Below are positions 1 to 9,698 of a stretch of DNA of 64,000 nucleotides, piece after piece. Where the stretch lies: contig JAQWMB010000004.1 in the NCBI GenBank assembly GCA_029246995.1, positions 14,196 to 78,195 of the forward strand. The letters are read 5' to 3'. This DNA is from Dehalococcoidia bacterium (lineage in GTDB: Bacteria > Chloroflexota > Dehalococcoidia > UBA2979). The first letter of the stretch is position 1, and each line of letters begins with the position of its first letter. The position numbers and the translations under genes are program-made. The notes under the pieces are model-generated. The model saw only the letters and a list, made by a program, of their open reading frames with translations. It was not told the DNA's origin and searched no databases.

Positions 1-2127
1 TTTGAAAAATTCTTGCCCTTTTGAAATAACTGGTCTTTGATTAATACACGTACCTTGATTAGTCCTTACAAACTTCATTAAAGCAAACTGCTCTTCTTCC
101 CCAGATTCATATTGAACTTTAATGATATTAGAACTAGCAGATAAAACTTTTCCAGACTCTTTAGCAACAATAACTTGCCCAGAGTCCCTAGCTGCTTGTG
201 TTTCCATGCCTGTTCCAACTAAAGGAGGCTCAGCTCTAATTAATGGGACTGCTTGACGTTGCATATTTGCACCCATTAGTGCTCTGTTAGCATCATCGTG
301 TTCTAAGAATGGAATTAATGCTGCAGCCACAGAAACGATCTGTTTTGGAGAAACATCGATAAAGTCAATTTCTATTGGGTCAATTAGCAGAAGGTCTGCG
401 CCATGCCTCACTTCTACTTTATCTTCCATGATGTTTCCATTTGGATCAAGTTTTGTATTAGCAGGAGCTATAGAATACTCATCTTCTTCATGAGCATCCA
501 TCAACATTGATTCAACAGATGCGAAAGGCATGACTTTAATTTCTGCATTACCTAGTTCATTTTTAATATTCTTTGCAATATCAGCATCAATCTTTTGAGT
601 TTTCTTTACTAGTATCTTACTATTCTTTTTAATATCTTCTACTACGATTCTTCCAATTAATTCTTTGCTGTTTGCCTTAATTTTTGTCTTAACTGGTCTA
701 TATGGTGTTTCAATAAAACCAAAATCATTGACCATTCCGTATGTAGCCAAATTTCCAATTAGGCCAATATTTGGTCCTTCTGGTGTTTCTATTGGACAAA
801 TTCTTCCATAATGACTGTGGTGTACATCTCTTACATCAAAGCCAGCACGGTCCCTAGATAGTCCACCTGGACCTAGCGCTGACAGCCTTCTTTTATGTGC
901 AATTTCAGCTAAAGGGTTTACTTGATCCATAAATTGAGAAAGCTGCGAGCTACCAAAAAATTCTTTTATTGAAGCGACTACTGGCCTTATATTAATTAAT
1001 GAAGAAGGAGTTGCCTCATCAACATCAGTTATAGTCATTCTTTCTTTGATGACTCTTTCTAATCTAAGCAGACCAATTCGTATCTGATTTCTTAAAAGCT
1101 CCCCAACTGAACGGACCCTTCTATTACTTAAGTGATCGATGTCATCTGGTTGTCTGTTACCCAGATTAATTTCAATTACAGTTTTTATAATTTCAATTAT
1201 GTCTTTATGGCTTAATGTTCTTGAATCTTGATCATCAGAAAAACCCAACTTTTGATTTAACTTGTATCTTCCGACTCTGCCTAGATCATATCTACGCTCA
1301 CTAAAGAAAGATGTTTCTATTAATTGAATTGCATTTTCTACTGATGGTGGATCGCCTGGGCGCATTCTTTTATAAAATTCAATCAGAGCTTCTTCTCTAT
1401 TTTCTGTACCATCTCGAGCTAATGTTAAGTCAATATAATCAATAATTTCTTCATTTTCTGGTTGTTTGAAAATTTCTCTAATTCTTTCTGCAGTTCCTAA
1501 TTCTTCTGGTTGAAGATTTGGGTCGTAGTCTAAAGCTTTTAAGAAAATTGTAATAGGTATTTTTCTTTTTCTATCAATCTTTACTGATATCCAGTCTCTT
1601 GTTGAAGTTTCAAATTCTAGCCAAGCTCCTCGGTTCGGAATTAATTTTCCAGAGGCAAGTCTTTTGCCACTTACCTGATCAACGTTAGATGTAAAGTATA
1701 CGCCAGGAGACCTCACTAATTGTGAGACGACCACACGTTCGGCACCATTTACAATAAATGTTCCTTGCTCTGTCATCATTGGTATTTCACCAACGAAAAT
1801 TTCTTGTTCTTTAATTTCTCCAGTTTGTTTTATAAGTAATTCTAAATTAACAAAAATTCTGTACGCATAAGTAGCATCATGAATGCGTGCCTCATCTTCA
1901 GTATATTTTGATGGCTCAAGTCTGTAATCCTTAAAGGTAAGATCCATATGGTTACCTGTAAAATCTGAAATTGGTGAAATTTCATCAAATAATTCCCTAA
2001 GATCAGATTCTAGGAAAGATTCGTAAGATTTTGTTACAATATCAATTAAATTTGGCATATCTATGACATGCTCAGACGAACCAAAATCCTTAATTAATTT
2101 TGGTGCATTATATTTGTTTATTGTCAC
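1..2127 (-). CDS. rpoB: DNA-directed RNA polymerase beta subunit, first ~709 codons (3' end runs off the window)
   Basis: Open-ended, so absent from the ORF track. Minus-strand translation from GTG at 2127 (SD-like AAGAAAGGAAT a few nt upstream) gives ...DMPNLIDIVTKSYESFL..., GTFIVNGAERVVVSQLVRSPGVYF and the Rif-cluster HKRRLSALGPGGLSRDRAG (about 841-900). Confidence 0.95.
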   Translation of the reverse strand, partial: MTINKYNAPKLIKDFGSSEHVIDMPNLIDIVTKSYESFLESDLRELFDEISPISDFTGNHMDLTFKDYRLEPSKYTEDEARIHDATYAYRIFVNLELLIKQTGEIKEQEIFVGEIPMMTEQGTFIVNGAERVVVSQLVRSPGVYFTSNVDQVSGKRLASGKLIPNRGAWLEFETSTRDWISVKIDRKRKIPITIFLKALDYDPNLQPEELGTAERIREIFKQPENEEIIDYIDLTLARDGTENREEALIEFYKRMRPGDPPSVENAIQLIETSFFSERRYDLGRVGRYKLNQKLGFSDDQDSRTLSHKDIIEIIKTVIEINLGNRQPDDIDHLSNRRVRSVGELLRNQIRIGLLRLERVIKERMTITDVDEATPSSLINIRPVVASIKEFFGSSQLSQFMDQVNPLAEIAHKRRLSALGPGGLSRDRAGFDVRDVHHSHYGRICPIETPEGPNIGLIGNLATYGMVNDFGFIETPYRPVKTKIKANSKELIGRIVVEDIKKNSKILVKKTQKIDADIAKNIKNELGNAEIKVMPFASVESMLMDAHEEDEYSIAPANTKLDPNGNIMEDKVEVRHGADLLLIDPIEIDFIDVSPKQIVSVAAALIPFLEHDDANRALMGANMQRQAVPLIRAEPPLVGTGMETQAARDSGQVIVAKESGKVLSASSNIIKVQYESGEEEQFALMKFVRTNQGTCINQRPVISKGQEFFK

Positions 2128-2153
2128 TTGGATTCCTTTCTTAATAACAGTAG

Positions 2154-2186
2154 AAAAGAAAAAAAGTTCGCAATTAAAAAGCGAAC
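2154..2186 (-). terminator. Terminator/attenuator-like hairpin in the rpoB leader
   Basis: Minus strand reads GTTCGC-TTTTTAATT-GCGAAC followed by TTTTTTTCTTTT. It lies ~120 nt after the stop of the upstream 374-aa gene and only ~13 nt before the rpoB SD. Confidence 0.4.
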
Positions 2187-2254
2187 AATTTTTACTCCTA
2201 AGTTACTATAAAGACAATCGTTCAATGGAAGAAACTCTATTGAACAGAATGATT

Positions 2255-2283
2255 ATGATACTGCCAAACTTTGCTTCTGTAAA
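2255..2283 (-). promoter_or_regulatory. Candidate sigma70-type promoter upstream of rpoB
   Basis: Minus strand reads TTTACA-17 nt-TATCAT (plus-strand tgtaaa 2278-2283, atgata 2255-2260). AT-rich DNA makes chance matches likely. Confidence 0.25.
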
Positions 2284-2302
2284 GGAAGTGTAAACTAATT
2301 TC

Positions 2303-3427
2303 TTATTTTTTTTTATTGTTTAAATTTTTTAGCCATAAATGAAAAGTTTTTTTCTTTGACTTATCTTGTTCATAAAGTCCATATTCGTATATGGTTTTGT
2401 TTTTTTTATCAAAGAAATCTTTTAATTGCATCCATAAAATTGCTTCATATTTTATGATATCGGAGTCCTGGAATAGTTTATTAATAAAATTATATTGCTC
2501 TTCAATCGTTGGAGCGCTTGATTCACTTTTTGCAGACCCTTCAAATCCTATTCCAGTAAATATGATTGGAATATTAGTTATCGAAGAGAGTTGCCTGTAA
2601 TAGTTATCAGGTAAATTTCTACCTGTGAGAGTAAATTTTGATGGAGTTGATGATATAGCAAAATAGTCCATTTTATTATTAAACATATCTACAATTTCCC
2701 ATCTAGGAATTTGTGAAGGCTGCGAAGCAGAGAAACCCAATAATCTTTCATATTGAAAAATTGGGAAAATCTTGATTTGATTGTTCATTTTTTTGATTTT
2801 ATCGTATGCTTCAAAGTATAAATCTAGATATTCTTGAAATATTGCTGGATTTTTTTCATAAGTAATGTTTATTTCCAAGCCTAAAGCAAAGTAATCTGGT
2901 TTATATACTGATGTTAAAAAAATAATCTCTTCTATTAAAGCATTGTATGTTTCACCTTCTATAGTTTTCTCATTAGGATTCTTTGATAAATCTTTATTGT
3001 TGTATGGATAATTTGCTAATTTATTTTTGTTTTCTCTATCAAAAATATTAAATACTAAAAGACTTTTTTTCTTAGATTGCTGTATTATTTCATGCTCCAG
3101 GATGATTTTATTAATATTTTTTGAATTATAGAAACTACTATTTTTGTTGATAAATTTTTCCCAGCTTGGATAATGAATAGTCATAACTATGTCTCCAAGT
3201 TCTAGAGCATTGATTAGATTATTTCTATGTTCTTCTAAATTATTACTTGTATCTACATTAAATCCCATGTAGTAATTTCGATTTTCTGTGGAATTAATAT
3301 GTTCTGTGTTTTCACTTGATACAAAATCTATTTCTTGATTAAGTTTTTGATCATTTTCTATATTGAAAAAAATAGCTACTATTATGAACCAGGTAATTGA
3401 AACAAGAATTATTTTTTTGATCTTCAT
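2303..3427 (-). CDS. Hypothetical membrane-anchored protein, possibly a TIM-barrel glycoside-hydrolase-like fold
   Basis: 374-aa ORF with N-terminal hydrophobic helix IILVSITWFIIVAIFFNI. Acidic motifs ALGLEINITYE and FTGIGFEGS are reminiscent of clan GH-A acid/base and nucleophile Glu. No family recognised with certainty. Confidence 0.55.
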   Translation of the reverse strand: MKIKKIILVSITWFIIVAIFFNIENDQKLNQEIDFVSSENTEHINSTENRNYYMGFNVDTSNNLEEHRNNLINALELGDIVMTIHYPSWEKFINKNSSFYNSKNINKIILEHEIIQQSKKKSLLVFNIFDRENKNKLANYPYNNKDLSKNPNEKTIEGETYNALIEEIIFLTSVYKPDYFALGLEINITYEKNPAIFQEYLDLYFEAYDKIKKMNNQIKIFPIFQYERLLGFSASQPSQIPRWEIVDMFNNKMDYFAISSTPSKFTLTGRNLPDNYYRQLSSITNIPIIFTGIGFEGSAKSESSAPTIEEQYNFINKLFQDSDIIKYEAILWMQLKDFFDKKNKTIYEYGLYEQDKSKKKTFHLWLKNLNNKKK

Positions 3428-3432
3428 AGGAT

Positions 3433-3591
3433 TTATTTTAAAATTATTCTAACAATGCTAGATATTAAAATAGCAAGAACGTAGGCGTAGAGAACAGTTT
3501 CTATTTTTTTTCTTACTTTAGCTAAGTTTTTATACTTATATCTCCAAAAAAAAATTACTATTAAGATTATAAGTAAAAATAATTTTATCAT
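3433..3591 (-). CDS. Small hypothetical membrane protein (52 aa), below the ORF-track cutoff
   Basis: Hand translation of the minus strand gives ATG...TAA = MIKLFLLIILIVIFFWRYKYKNLAKVRKKIETVLYAYVLAILISSIVRIILK. This is two hydrophobic segments around a basic loop. It fills the otherwise empty 180-nt gap between two co-directional genes. Confidence 0.4.
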   Translation of the reverse strand: MIKLFLLIILIVIFFWRYKYKNLAKVRKKIETVLYAYVLAILISSIVRIILK

Positions 3592-3607
3592 TTCTTTGTT
3601 CCTACTT

Positions 3608-4327
3608 TTAATTCATAATACTTTTTAATTCTAACAAATTGCTATTAATATAATTAGGTTTAATATCTTTAACTTCTTGATACCAGTTATTCTTTCTTTT
3701 TAACCAACATGAAAAAATTTTTGCATTATTAGCACCAATAACATCATGATTTGGATTGTCGCCAACATGAATTAATTTTTCTGCCGGTATGTTCATTTTT
3801 TGAATGGCTATTTGAAAAATTATTTTATCTGGTTTCTGTACACCTAATTCTTCAGAAATTAATACAAATTCAAAATATTTTTCTAATTGAAATTTTTTTA
3901 TCTTAAATCTTTGATGTTCAGACAGACCATTAGTCACCATACCTAGTTTGCAGTGTTTGGATAATTTTATGAGTGCTTCAAGACTTTCGGGAAATAGTTG
4001 GATTGTGTCTTTCCAGGATTGACTAAAATAATTCCATGTAATTACAGGATCTATTTCTATAGATAGGTATTTTTTTATTATTTCCTCAAGACCATCTTTA
4101 GCAAGACTATCGTTCCATTCATTGGAAGCTGAATCTTTATGTTTCTGTGCAACTAACTTTGTATATTCTAAATAAATCGACTCTAGATCTATATTATTGA
4201 TTTGTTGTTTTGAATCCACTGACAGAATTGTTTTTTTAAAACCATTTTTCCATGAGCTTCTTGAGTCAGTAATCGTATCATCTAAATCTAATAGTATACC
4301 TTTAATATTGATTAAATCTTTAGTCAT
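3608..4327 (-). CDS. HAD-superfamily hydrolase (phosphatase-like)
   Basis: Motif I LLDLDDTITDS (DxDxT), motif II MVTNG, motif IV VGDNPNHDVIGA. 239 aa. Confidence 0.85.
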   Translation of the reverse strand: MTKDLINIKGILLDLDDTITDSRSSWKNGFKKTILSVDSKQQINNIDLESIYLEYTKLVAQKHKDSASNEWNDSLAKDGLEEIIKKYLSIEIDPVITWNYFSQSWKDTIQLFPESLEALIKLSKHCKLGMVTNGLSEHQRFKIKKFQLEKYFEFVLISEELGVQKPDKIIFQIAIQKMNIPAEKLIHVGDNPNHDVIGANNAKIFSCWLKRKNNWYQEVKDIKPNYINSNLLELKSIMN

Positions 4328-4330
4328 AAT

Positions 4331-5602
4331 TTATTTTCTTGTTTGACCATTACCGGTTATTATCCATTTGTATGAAGTCAATTCTTTTAGACCCATAGGT
4401 CCTCTTGCATGGAGCTTTTGGGTTGAAATCCCAAATTCATTTCCAAGTCCATATTCGCCACCATCAGCAAAGCCTGTTGAGACATTTACAAATACAGATG
4501 ATGCATCAACTTCATCTTCAAATTTCCGAATTGCATTATATGAAGTGCTTGCAATTGCTTCAGAATGACCACTACCTATAAAATTAATATGCTCTATTGC
4601 TTCGTCTATGGACTCTACTATTTTTATTGAACAATCTAGAGAGAGCCATTCACGTGAATAATCTGCTTTCTTAACGTCAGTGATATTTTTTGCATTTCCT
4701 AGTAACTTCTTTGCTTTTTTATCTACGTGCATAGTTACATTATTTTTTGTTAATTCAGTTTTTATTGATTTGAGAATAGGTTCAGCAATACCTTTATGTA
4801 TCAGTATAGTATCGAGAGTGTTGCATACTGATGGTCTTCTAATTTTTGCATTCACTATAATATCAGTAGCAATTTTTAGATCTGCTAATTTATCAACGTA
4901 TGTGTGACATACACCAATACCTCCTGCTACTACAGGTATTCTTGATTTTTCTTTGACTAAATTGATTAAACCGGCACCACCACGAGGAATCACTAGATCA
5001 ATATATTGAGATAGTTTAAGCATTTCTTCAACTAATTTTCTCTCTTTATTGTTTATGAAGCCTATAACCTCATGTGGGATACCAGATTGATCTAAACTTT
5101 CAATAAATATTTCAGTTAAAATTTTAGCGCTAGCATGTGCATCACTACCTGAACGCATAATCACTGCATTGCCTGATTTCAAACACAATGAAGCAATTTC
5201 AATCGCAACATTTGGTCTGGATTCAAAGATTGCACCTATAACTCCTAGAGGAACTCTTCTTTTACCTACTTGAATACCATTTGGTCTAAGCTTTACATCC
5301 TCCATTGTTCCTATAGGATCATCAAGTTGGATGACTTCATTGATCGAATTTGCAATTTGAGAGATCCTTTTTTTATCAAGGAGCATCCTATCAATAAAAG
5401 AAATTGAAATATTTTTTCTTTTAGCTTTTTTGATATCTAATTTGTTCACTTGAATTATATTGTCAGTATTACGGATAATATTTTTAGCAACTTTAGATAA
5501 AGCAGCATTTTTTTGCCTTGTATCTAAATTGGTTAATACGGAACTTGCTTCTTTAGCTGCCTTTGCTTTTCTTAAGACTTCATTGCTATTTTTTCTGTTC
5601 AT
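4331..5602 (-). CDS. proA: Gamma-glutamyl phosphate reductase
   Basis: 423-aa aldehyde-dehydrogenase-fold protein with typical ProA stretches (VPLGVIGAIFESRPNV, LVIPRGG, CNTLDTILIH). Directly downstream of proB. Confidence 0.92.
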   Translation of the reverse strand: MNRKNSNEVLRKAKAAKEASSVLTNLDTRQKNAALSKVAKNIIRNTDNIIQVNKLDIKKAKRKNISISFIDRMLLDKKRISQIANSINEVIQLDDPIGTMEDVKLRPNGIQVGKRRVPLGVIGAIFESRPNVAIEIASLCLKSGNAVIMRSGSDAHASAKILTEIFIESLDQSGIPHEVIGFINNKERKLVEEMLKLSQYIDLVIPRGGAGLINLVKEKSRIPVVAGGIGVCHTYVDKLADLKIATDIIVNAKIRRPSVCNTLDTILIHKGIAEPILKSIKTELTKNNVTMHVDKKAKKLLGNAKNITDVKKADYSREWLSLDCSIKIVESIDEAIEHINFIGSGHSEAIASTSYNAIRKFEDEVDASSVFVNVSTGFADGGEYGLGNEFGISTQKLHARGPMGLKELTSYKWIITGNGQTRK

Positions 5603-5635
5603 GACTTAACTCCAATATTGATTATTATAAAAATT

Positions 5636-6439
5636 CTAATTATCTTTAGGTAAAAAGTGTGTACCAATTTTTTCATTATTAATAATTTTATGAACTATGT
5701 TTTTTTCATTACCATTGGCAATGACTACATGAATACCTGCCTCTATTGCCAAATTAGCAGCTTGAATTTTTGTAGCCATTCCTCCTGTCCCATGTTTATT
5801 TGTAGTTGACTCAGCGGCATTAAGTATTTCGTTATTAATATCTCTAATTTCTGTTAGTAGTTTTGAATCATCAGATTTATTGGGATTTTTATCATATAAT
5901 CCATCTTGATCGGTCAAAATTATTAGCAAATCTGCATCTATTAATTTTGCAACTAAAGCTGATAAATTATCATTATCACCAATAATGGAATTTTCTATTT
6001 CCTCAGTTGAAACAACATCATTTTCGTTGATTATAGTAATAATGTTGAGTTCTAATAATTTCAATAGTGCATTTTTTGCATTTTTACTACTTGTGCTATT
6101 TATGAAGTCATTCCTTGAGAGTAACGCTTGAGCAGTAATAACTTTTGATTTATTAAATACTTTATTCCATTCACTTATTAATAATGTTTGACCTATTGCA
6201 GCAGTTGCTTGCTTTAATTCAATGCCCATTATTTTTTCTGTTATATTTACCTTTCTCTTACCTAGTGCAATGGCTCCAGAACTTATTAAAACAATTTGTT
6301 TATTATTTTTTTGTAATTCAATTATTTGCGAACAAATTAACTCCACTTTTTCTGCATGAAATTGGCTATCATCGGTTGTAAGTAGATTTGTGCCTACTTT
6401 TATTACTATTTTATTAATTTTATTTTTATTAATTCTCAT
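5636..6439 (-). CDS. proB: Glutamate 5-kinase, short form without PUA domain
   Basis: 267-aa amino-acid-kinase fold (IVIKVGTNLLT, ISSGAIALG, GDNDNLSALVA, GTGGMATKIQAA). Ends right after the kinase domain. Overlaps the ileS stop by 11 nt. Confidence 0.92.
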   Translation of the reverse strand: MRINKNKINKIVIKVGTNLLTTDDSQFHAEKVELICSQIIELQKNNKQIVLISSGAIALGKRKVNITEKIMGIELKQATAAIGQTLLISEWNKVFNKSKVITAQALLSRNDFINSTSSKNAKNALLKLLELNIITIINENDVVSTEEIENSIIGDNDNLSALVAKLIDADLLIILTDQDGLYDKNPNKSDDSKLLTEIRDINNEILNAAESTTNKHGTGGMATKIQAANLAIEAGIHVVIANGNEKNIVHKIINNEKIGTHFLPKDN

Positions 6440-9400
6440 TTTTTCTTACTGACAACTCTATTGCTTCGCCGTTAACAACGAAGTTAAAAACTTCTTGAAC
6501 ATCATTTGTTTCGACAATTTCTATTGCCAATGTTTCGTCTGTTATAAATTTTTTATGTGAATCTAAAACTTTCTTTAATAAAACATTATTTTTATAACTA
6601 ATTATAATTCTATCAGCAACATCAAAGTTGAGTTTCTGTCTTTGATTTTGAATATGCCTAATAATTTCTCTTGCAGCACCCTCTAAAGATAAGCTTTCAG
6701 TAATTGTTGTATCTAGTACGGCTATGTATCCAGATTCTTCAGCAGCAGCATAGCCACCTTCTGCAGCAACACGTATGTTAAGGTCTTTAAATTCGAGTGA
6801 GTAATCATTAAGTTTAAATTGTCCTTTTTGATTAAGGTCCTTAAGAATTTCAAGTGGCTCAATATTTCTAATTTCTTTTTCTAAGGTGTTAACCTCTTTA
6901 CCAATTTTTGGTCCCATAATGGCCTTATTAACGTTAATTTCATACTTTACTAATTGCGAATTAAAATCATGGATTTCAATATTCTTCACATTTAATTCTT
7001 CTTTAATTTCTTTTTGAGCATCTACTAAGAATGCACCCTCTTCTTGGTTTTTTGTAATAAAAATAATCTTTTCAAGTGGCTGACGAACTTTAATTTCTGA
7101 TTGTTGTCTAATTCTTCTTCCAAGAGAAACCATTTTCTGAATCATTTTTATTTTTACGCCTAATGCCTCATCAATTTGTCTTATATTGTATGTTGGCCAT
7201 TCAGTTAAATGGATAGATTCTTGACTTTCTTCATTTAATACTTTGCTGAGATTTTGGTATATTTTTTCAGAAAGAAATGGGATAAATGGTGCAGCAATTT
7301 GTGTGATTTTTAGTAGGGATTCATAAAGAATATTCATAGCAATTAATGTATCTACTGAATTGTCAGTTTTCCAAAATCTTCTCCTATTTCTTCTTACATA
7401 CCAATTAGATAATTGTTCAATAAATTGATTGATTGGACGAGCTGCTTCACTAGGTTCATATTTTTCAAGACCTTCACTAACTTTTTTAATTGTTTCATTT
7501 AGCTCAGATTGAATCCATAGATCTAATTCAGTTCTTTGATTAGAAATTAGCAATTTTTTATCAACTGAAAAAGAGGCGATATTTGCATAAGTGATAAAGA
7601 AACTGTAAGTGTTCCATAAAGTAGAAAAAGTTTTACGAGAAGAATCTTCTACTAATTCACTAGAAAACCTTTTAGTATTCCCTGGTGGGGAAGAAGTGTA
7701 CATATACCATCTTATTGCATCAGCTCCATGTTTATTAATTACTTCAAATGGCTCAACAACATTACCCTTGCTCTTAGACATTTTTTGACCTTTTCCATCC
7801 AATATGATTCCATGAGAAATGCAGTTCTTGAATGCAATTTGTTCTGGTAATGCTTTTGTGCTATACAATAAAGTTGCAAGTACATGTAGCGTATAAAACC
7901 ACCCTCTAGTTTGGTCCATTCCTTCGGTGATAAAATCAGCAGGAAAGTTGTTATTAAATAGATCAATGTTTTCAAATGGATAATGCCACTGGGCATATGG
8001 CATAGCACCAGAATCAAACCACGCATCTGCTACTTCAGGAACTCGATTCATATTTCCTTTGCATTTTGTGCACTTAATAGTGATTTTATCTATAAATGGT
8101 CTATGAGGATCTTCAATAATTTTTTCCATTCCAGAAAATTGTTGTAGTTCTTCAAAAGAACCTATGCAAATTATCTCAGAGCAATTCCCACATTCCCAAA
8201 AAGGTAATGGAGTGCCCCAGTATCTTTCTCTGGAAAATGCCCAATCAATATTGCCTTCTAACCATTCACCAAATCTTCCAGCTTTAATGTGCTCTGGAAC
8301 CCAATTTATAAAATCTTGATTGCCTTTTATGAGTAGCTCTTTAACAGCAGTTGTTTTAATATACCAAGAAGGTTTTGCATAATATATGATTGGATCATCG
8401 CAACGCCAGCAAAAAGGATATGTATGTTTAATTGTATTTTGAAAGAAAAGGAGCTTTTCTTTATCTAGATATTGAATAATTTTGTGATCGGCTTTTTTCA
8501 TAAATATATCTTTATATGGCCCTCCAGTGAAGTTGCCTTTACTATCAATATGTTGAATGAAAAATAAATCATTTTTTTGTCCAAGTTTATAGTCCTCATC
8601 ACCAAATGCCGGCGCAATATGAACAATACCTGTTCCTTCTTCGGTGCCAACAAAATTCGCATCTAACACTGTTCTTTTAATAACAATTTCGTTGTCTAAA
8701 TTTTTTTTATTTATTTGAAAAATAGTGTTATTTTCCCATGATTCTATGGCAAAAAGTGGCTCATACTCTAAGCCTACAAGTTCTTTTGCTTCTAGAGTGT
8801 GCATAACTGTTAATTCTTTATTAGTAATTTTACTGATTACATCAACTAAATTTTCTGCAATAATGAAGAAGCTTTCTGTTCCATCTTCCAATGAAGAAAC
8901 TAGCGTATATTTTGATTTAGGGTCTATAGCTAGAGCAGTATTAGCTGGTAATGTCCAGGGTGTAGTAGTCCATGCCATAATAGAAATTTGTTCAGCAAAT
9001 TTTTTTAATTTATCTATTAGTTGATGCTTGCCTTGCATATCAATTTTGAATTTTACATATACGCTTGGGTCAATAGTATTGTCTTTATAGCCTAATGCGA
9101 TTTCATGTGATGATAGACTAGTTTCACATCTTCCGCATTGAGGAGTAACCCTAAAGTCTTTAAAAATCAGTTGATTATCCCATAGTTGTTTGAAAATCCA
9201 CCACCCTGATTCTATATAGTTATTTTGATAAGTAATGTATGGATCATCCATATCCACCCAATAACCAATTCTATTTGTAAGCTTTTCCCACTCTTTTACA
9301 TATTTAAAAACTGAGTCTTTGCACTTTTTGTTGAATTCTTCAATACCAAATTTTTCAATATCATTTTTATTCGTTAATCCTAATTGTTTTTCCACTTCCA

Positions 9401-9695
9401 ATTCAACAGGTAGGCCATGTGTATCCCATCCGCCTTTTCTTTCTACTCTAAAACCTTGCATTGTTTTATATCTTAGGATCAAATCTTTAATTACACGCGC
9501 TAAGACATGATGTATGCCAGGCACACCATTTGCAGTTGGAGGACCTTCATAAAATGTAAAATTTTTTGACTTGTTTTTTACATCGATAGTTTTTTGAAAT
9601 ATATCATTTTTCGACCATATCTCTAATACTTGCTCTTCAATATTTGGAAGTATAAAATCATTATTAACAGTATCAAAGGTATTTTTTTTCGTCAC
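6429..9695 (-). CDS. ileS: Isoleucyl-tRNA synthetase (long, type-2-like)
   Basis: 1088 aa with a GTG start. Class I signatures PPTANGVPGIHHV and KMSKSKGN, plus an editing-domain insertion. Length and C-terminal architecture resemble type 2 IleRS. Confidence 0.95.
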   Translation of the reverse strand: MTKKNTFDTVNNDFILPNIEEQVLEIWSKNDIFQKTIDVKNKSKNFTFYEGPPTANGVPGIHHVLARVIKDLILRYKTMQGFRVERKGGWDTHGLPVELEVEKQLGLTNKNDIEKFGIEEFNKKCKDSVFKYVKEWEKLTNRIGYWVDMDDPYITYQNNYIESGWWIFKQLWDNQLIFKDFRVTPQCGRCETSLSSHEIALGYKDNTIDPSVYVKFKIDMQGKHQLIDKLKKFAEQISIMAWTTTPWTLPANTALAIDPKSKYTLVSSLEDGTESFFIIAENLVDVISKITNKELTVMHTLEAKELVGLEYEPLFAIESWENNTIFQINKKNLDNEIVIKRTVLDANFVGTEEGTGIVHIAPAFGDEDYKLGQKNDLFFIQHIDSKGNFTGGPYKDIFMKKADHKIIQYLDKEKLLFFQNTIKHTYPFCWRCDDPIIYYAKPSWYIKTTAVKELLIKGNQDFINWVPEHIKAGRFGEWLEGNIDWAFSRERYWGTPLPFWECGNCSEIICIGSFEELQQFSGMEKIIEDPHRPFIDKITIKCTKCKGNMNRVPEVADAWFDSGAMPYAQWHYPFENIDLFNNNFPADFITEGMDQTRGWFYTLHVLATLLYSTKALPEQIAFKNCISHGIILDGKGQKMSKSKGNVVEPFEVINKHGADAIRWYMYTSSPPGNTKRFSSELVEDSSRKTFSTLWNTYSFFITYANIASFSVDKKLLISNQRTELDLWIQSELNETIKKVSEGLEKYEPSEAARPINQFIEQLSNWYVRRNRRRFWKTDNSVDTLIAMNILYESLLKITQIAAPFIPFLSEKIYQNLSKVLNEESQESIHLTEWPTYNIRQIDEALGVKIKMIQKMVSLGRRIRQQSEIKVRQPLEKIIFITKNQEEGAFLVDAQKEIKEELNVKNIEIHDFNSQLVKYEINVNKAIMGPKIGKEVNTLEKEIRNIEPLEILKDLNQKGQFKLNDYSLEFKDLNIRVAAEGGYAAAEESGYIAVLDTTITESLSLEGAAREIIRHIQNQRQKLNFDVADRIIISYKNNVLLKKVLDSHKKFITDETLAIEIVETNDVQEVFNFVVNGEAIELSVRKNEN

Positions 9696-9698
9696 TTA

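Noticed and set aside
2063-2293. 76-aa plus-strand ORF in the track
   Set aside because: It overlaps the rpoB 5' end and leader on the opposite strand. It has a low-complexity composition and no SD, so it is an antisense artefact.
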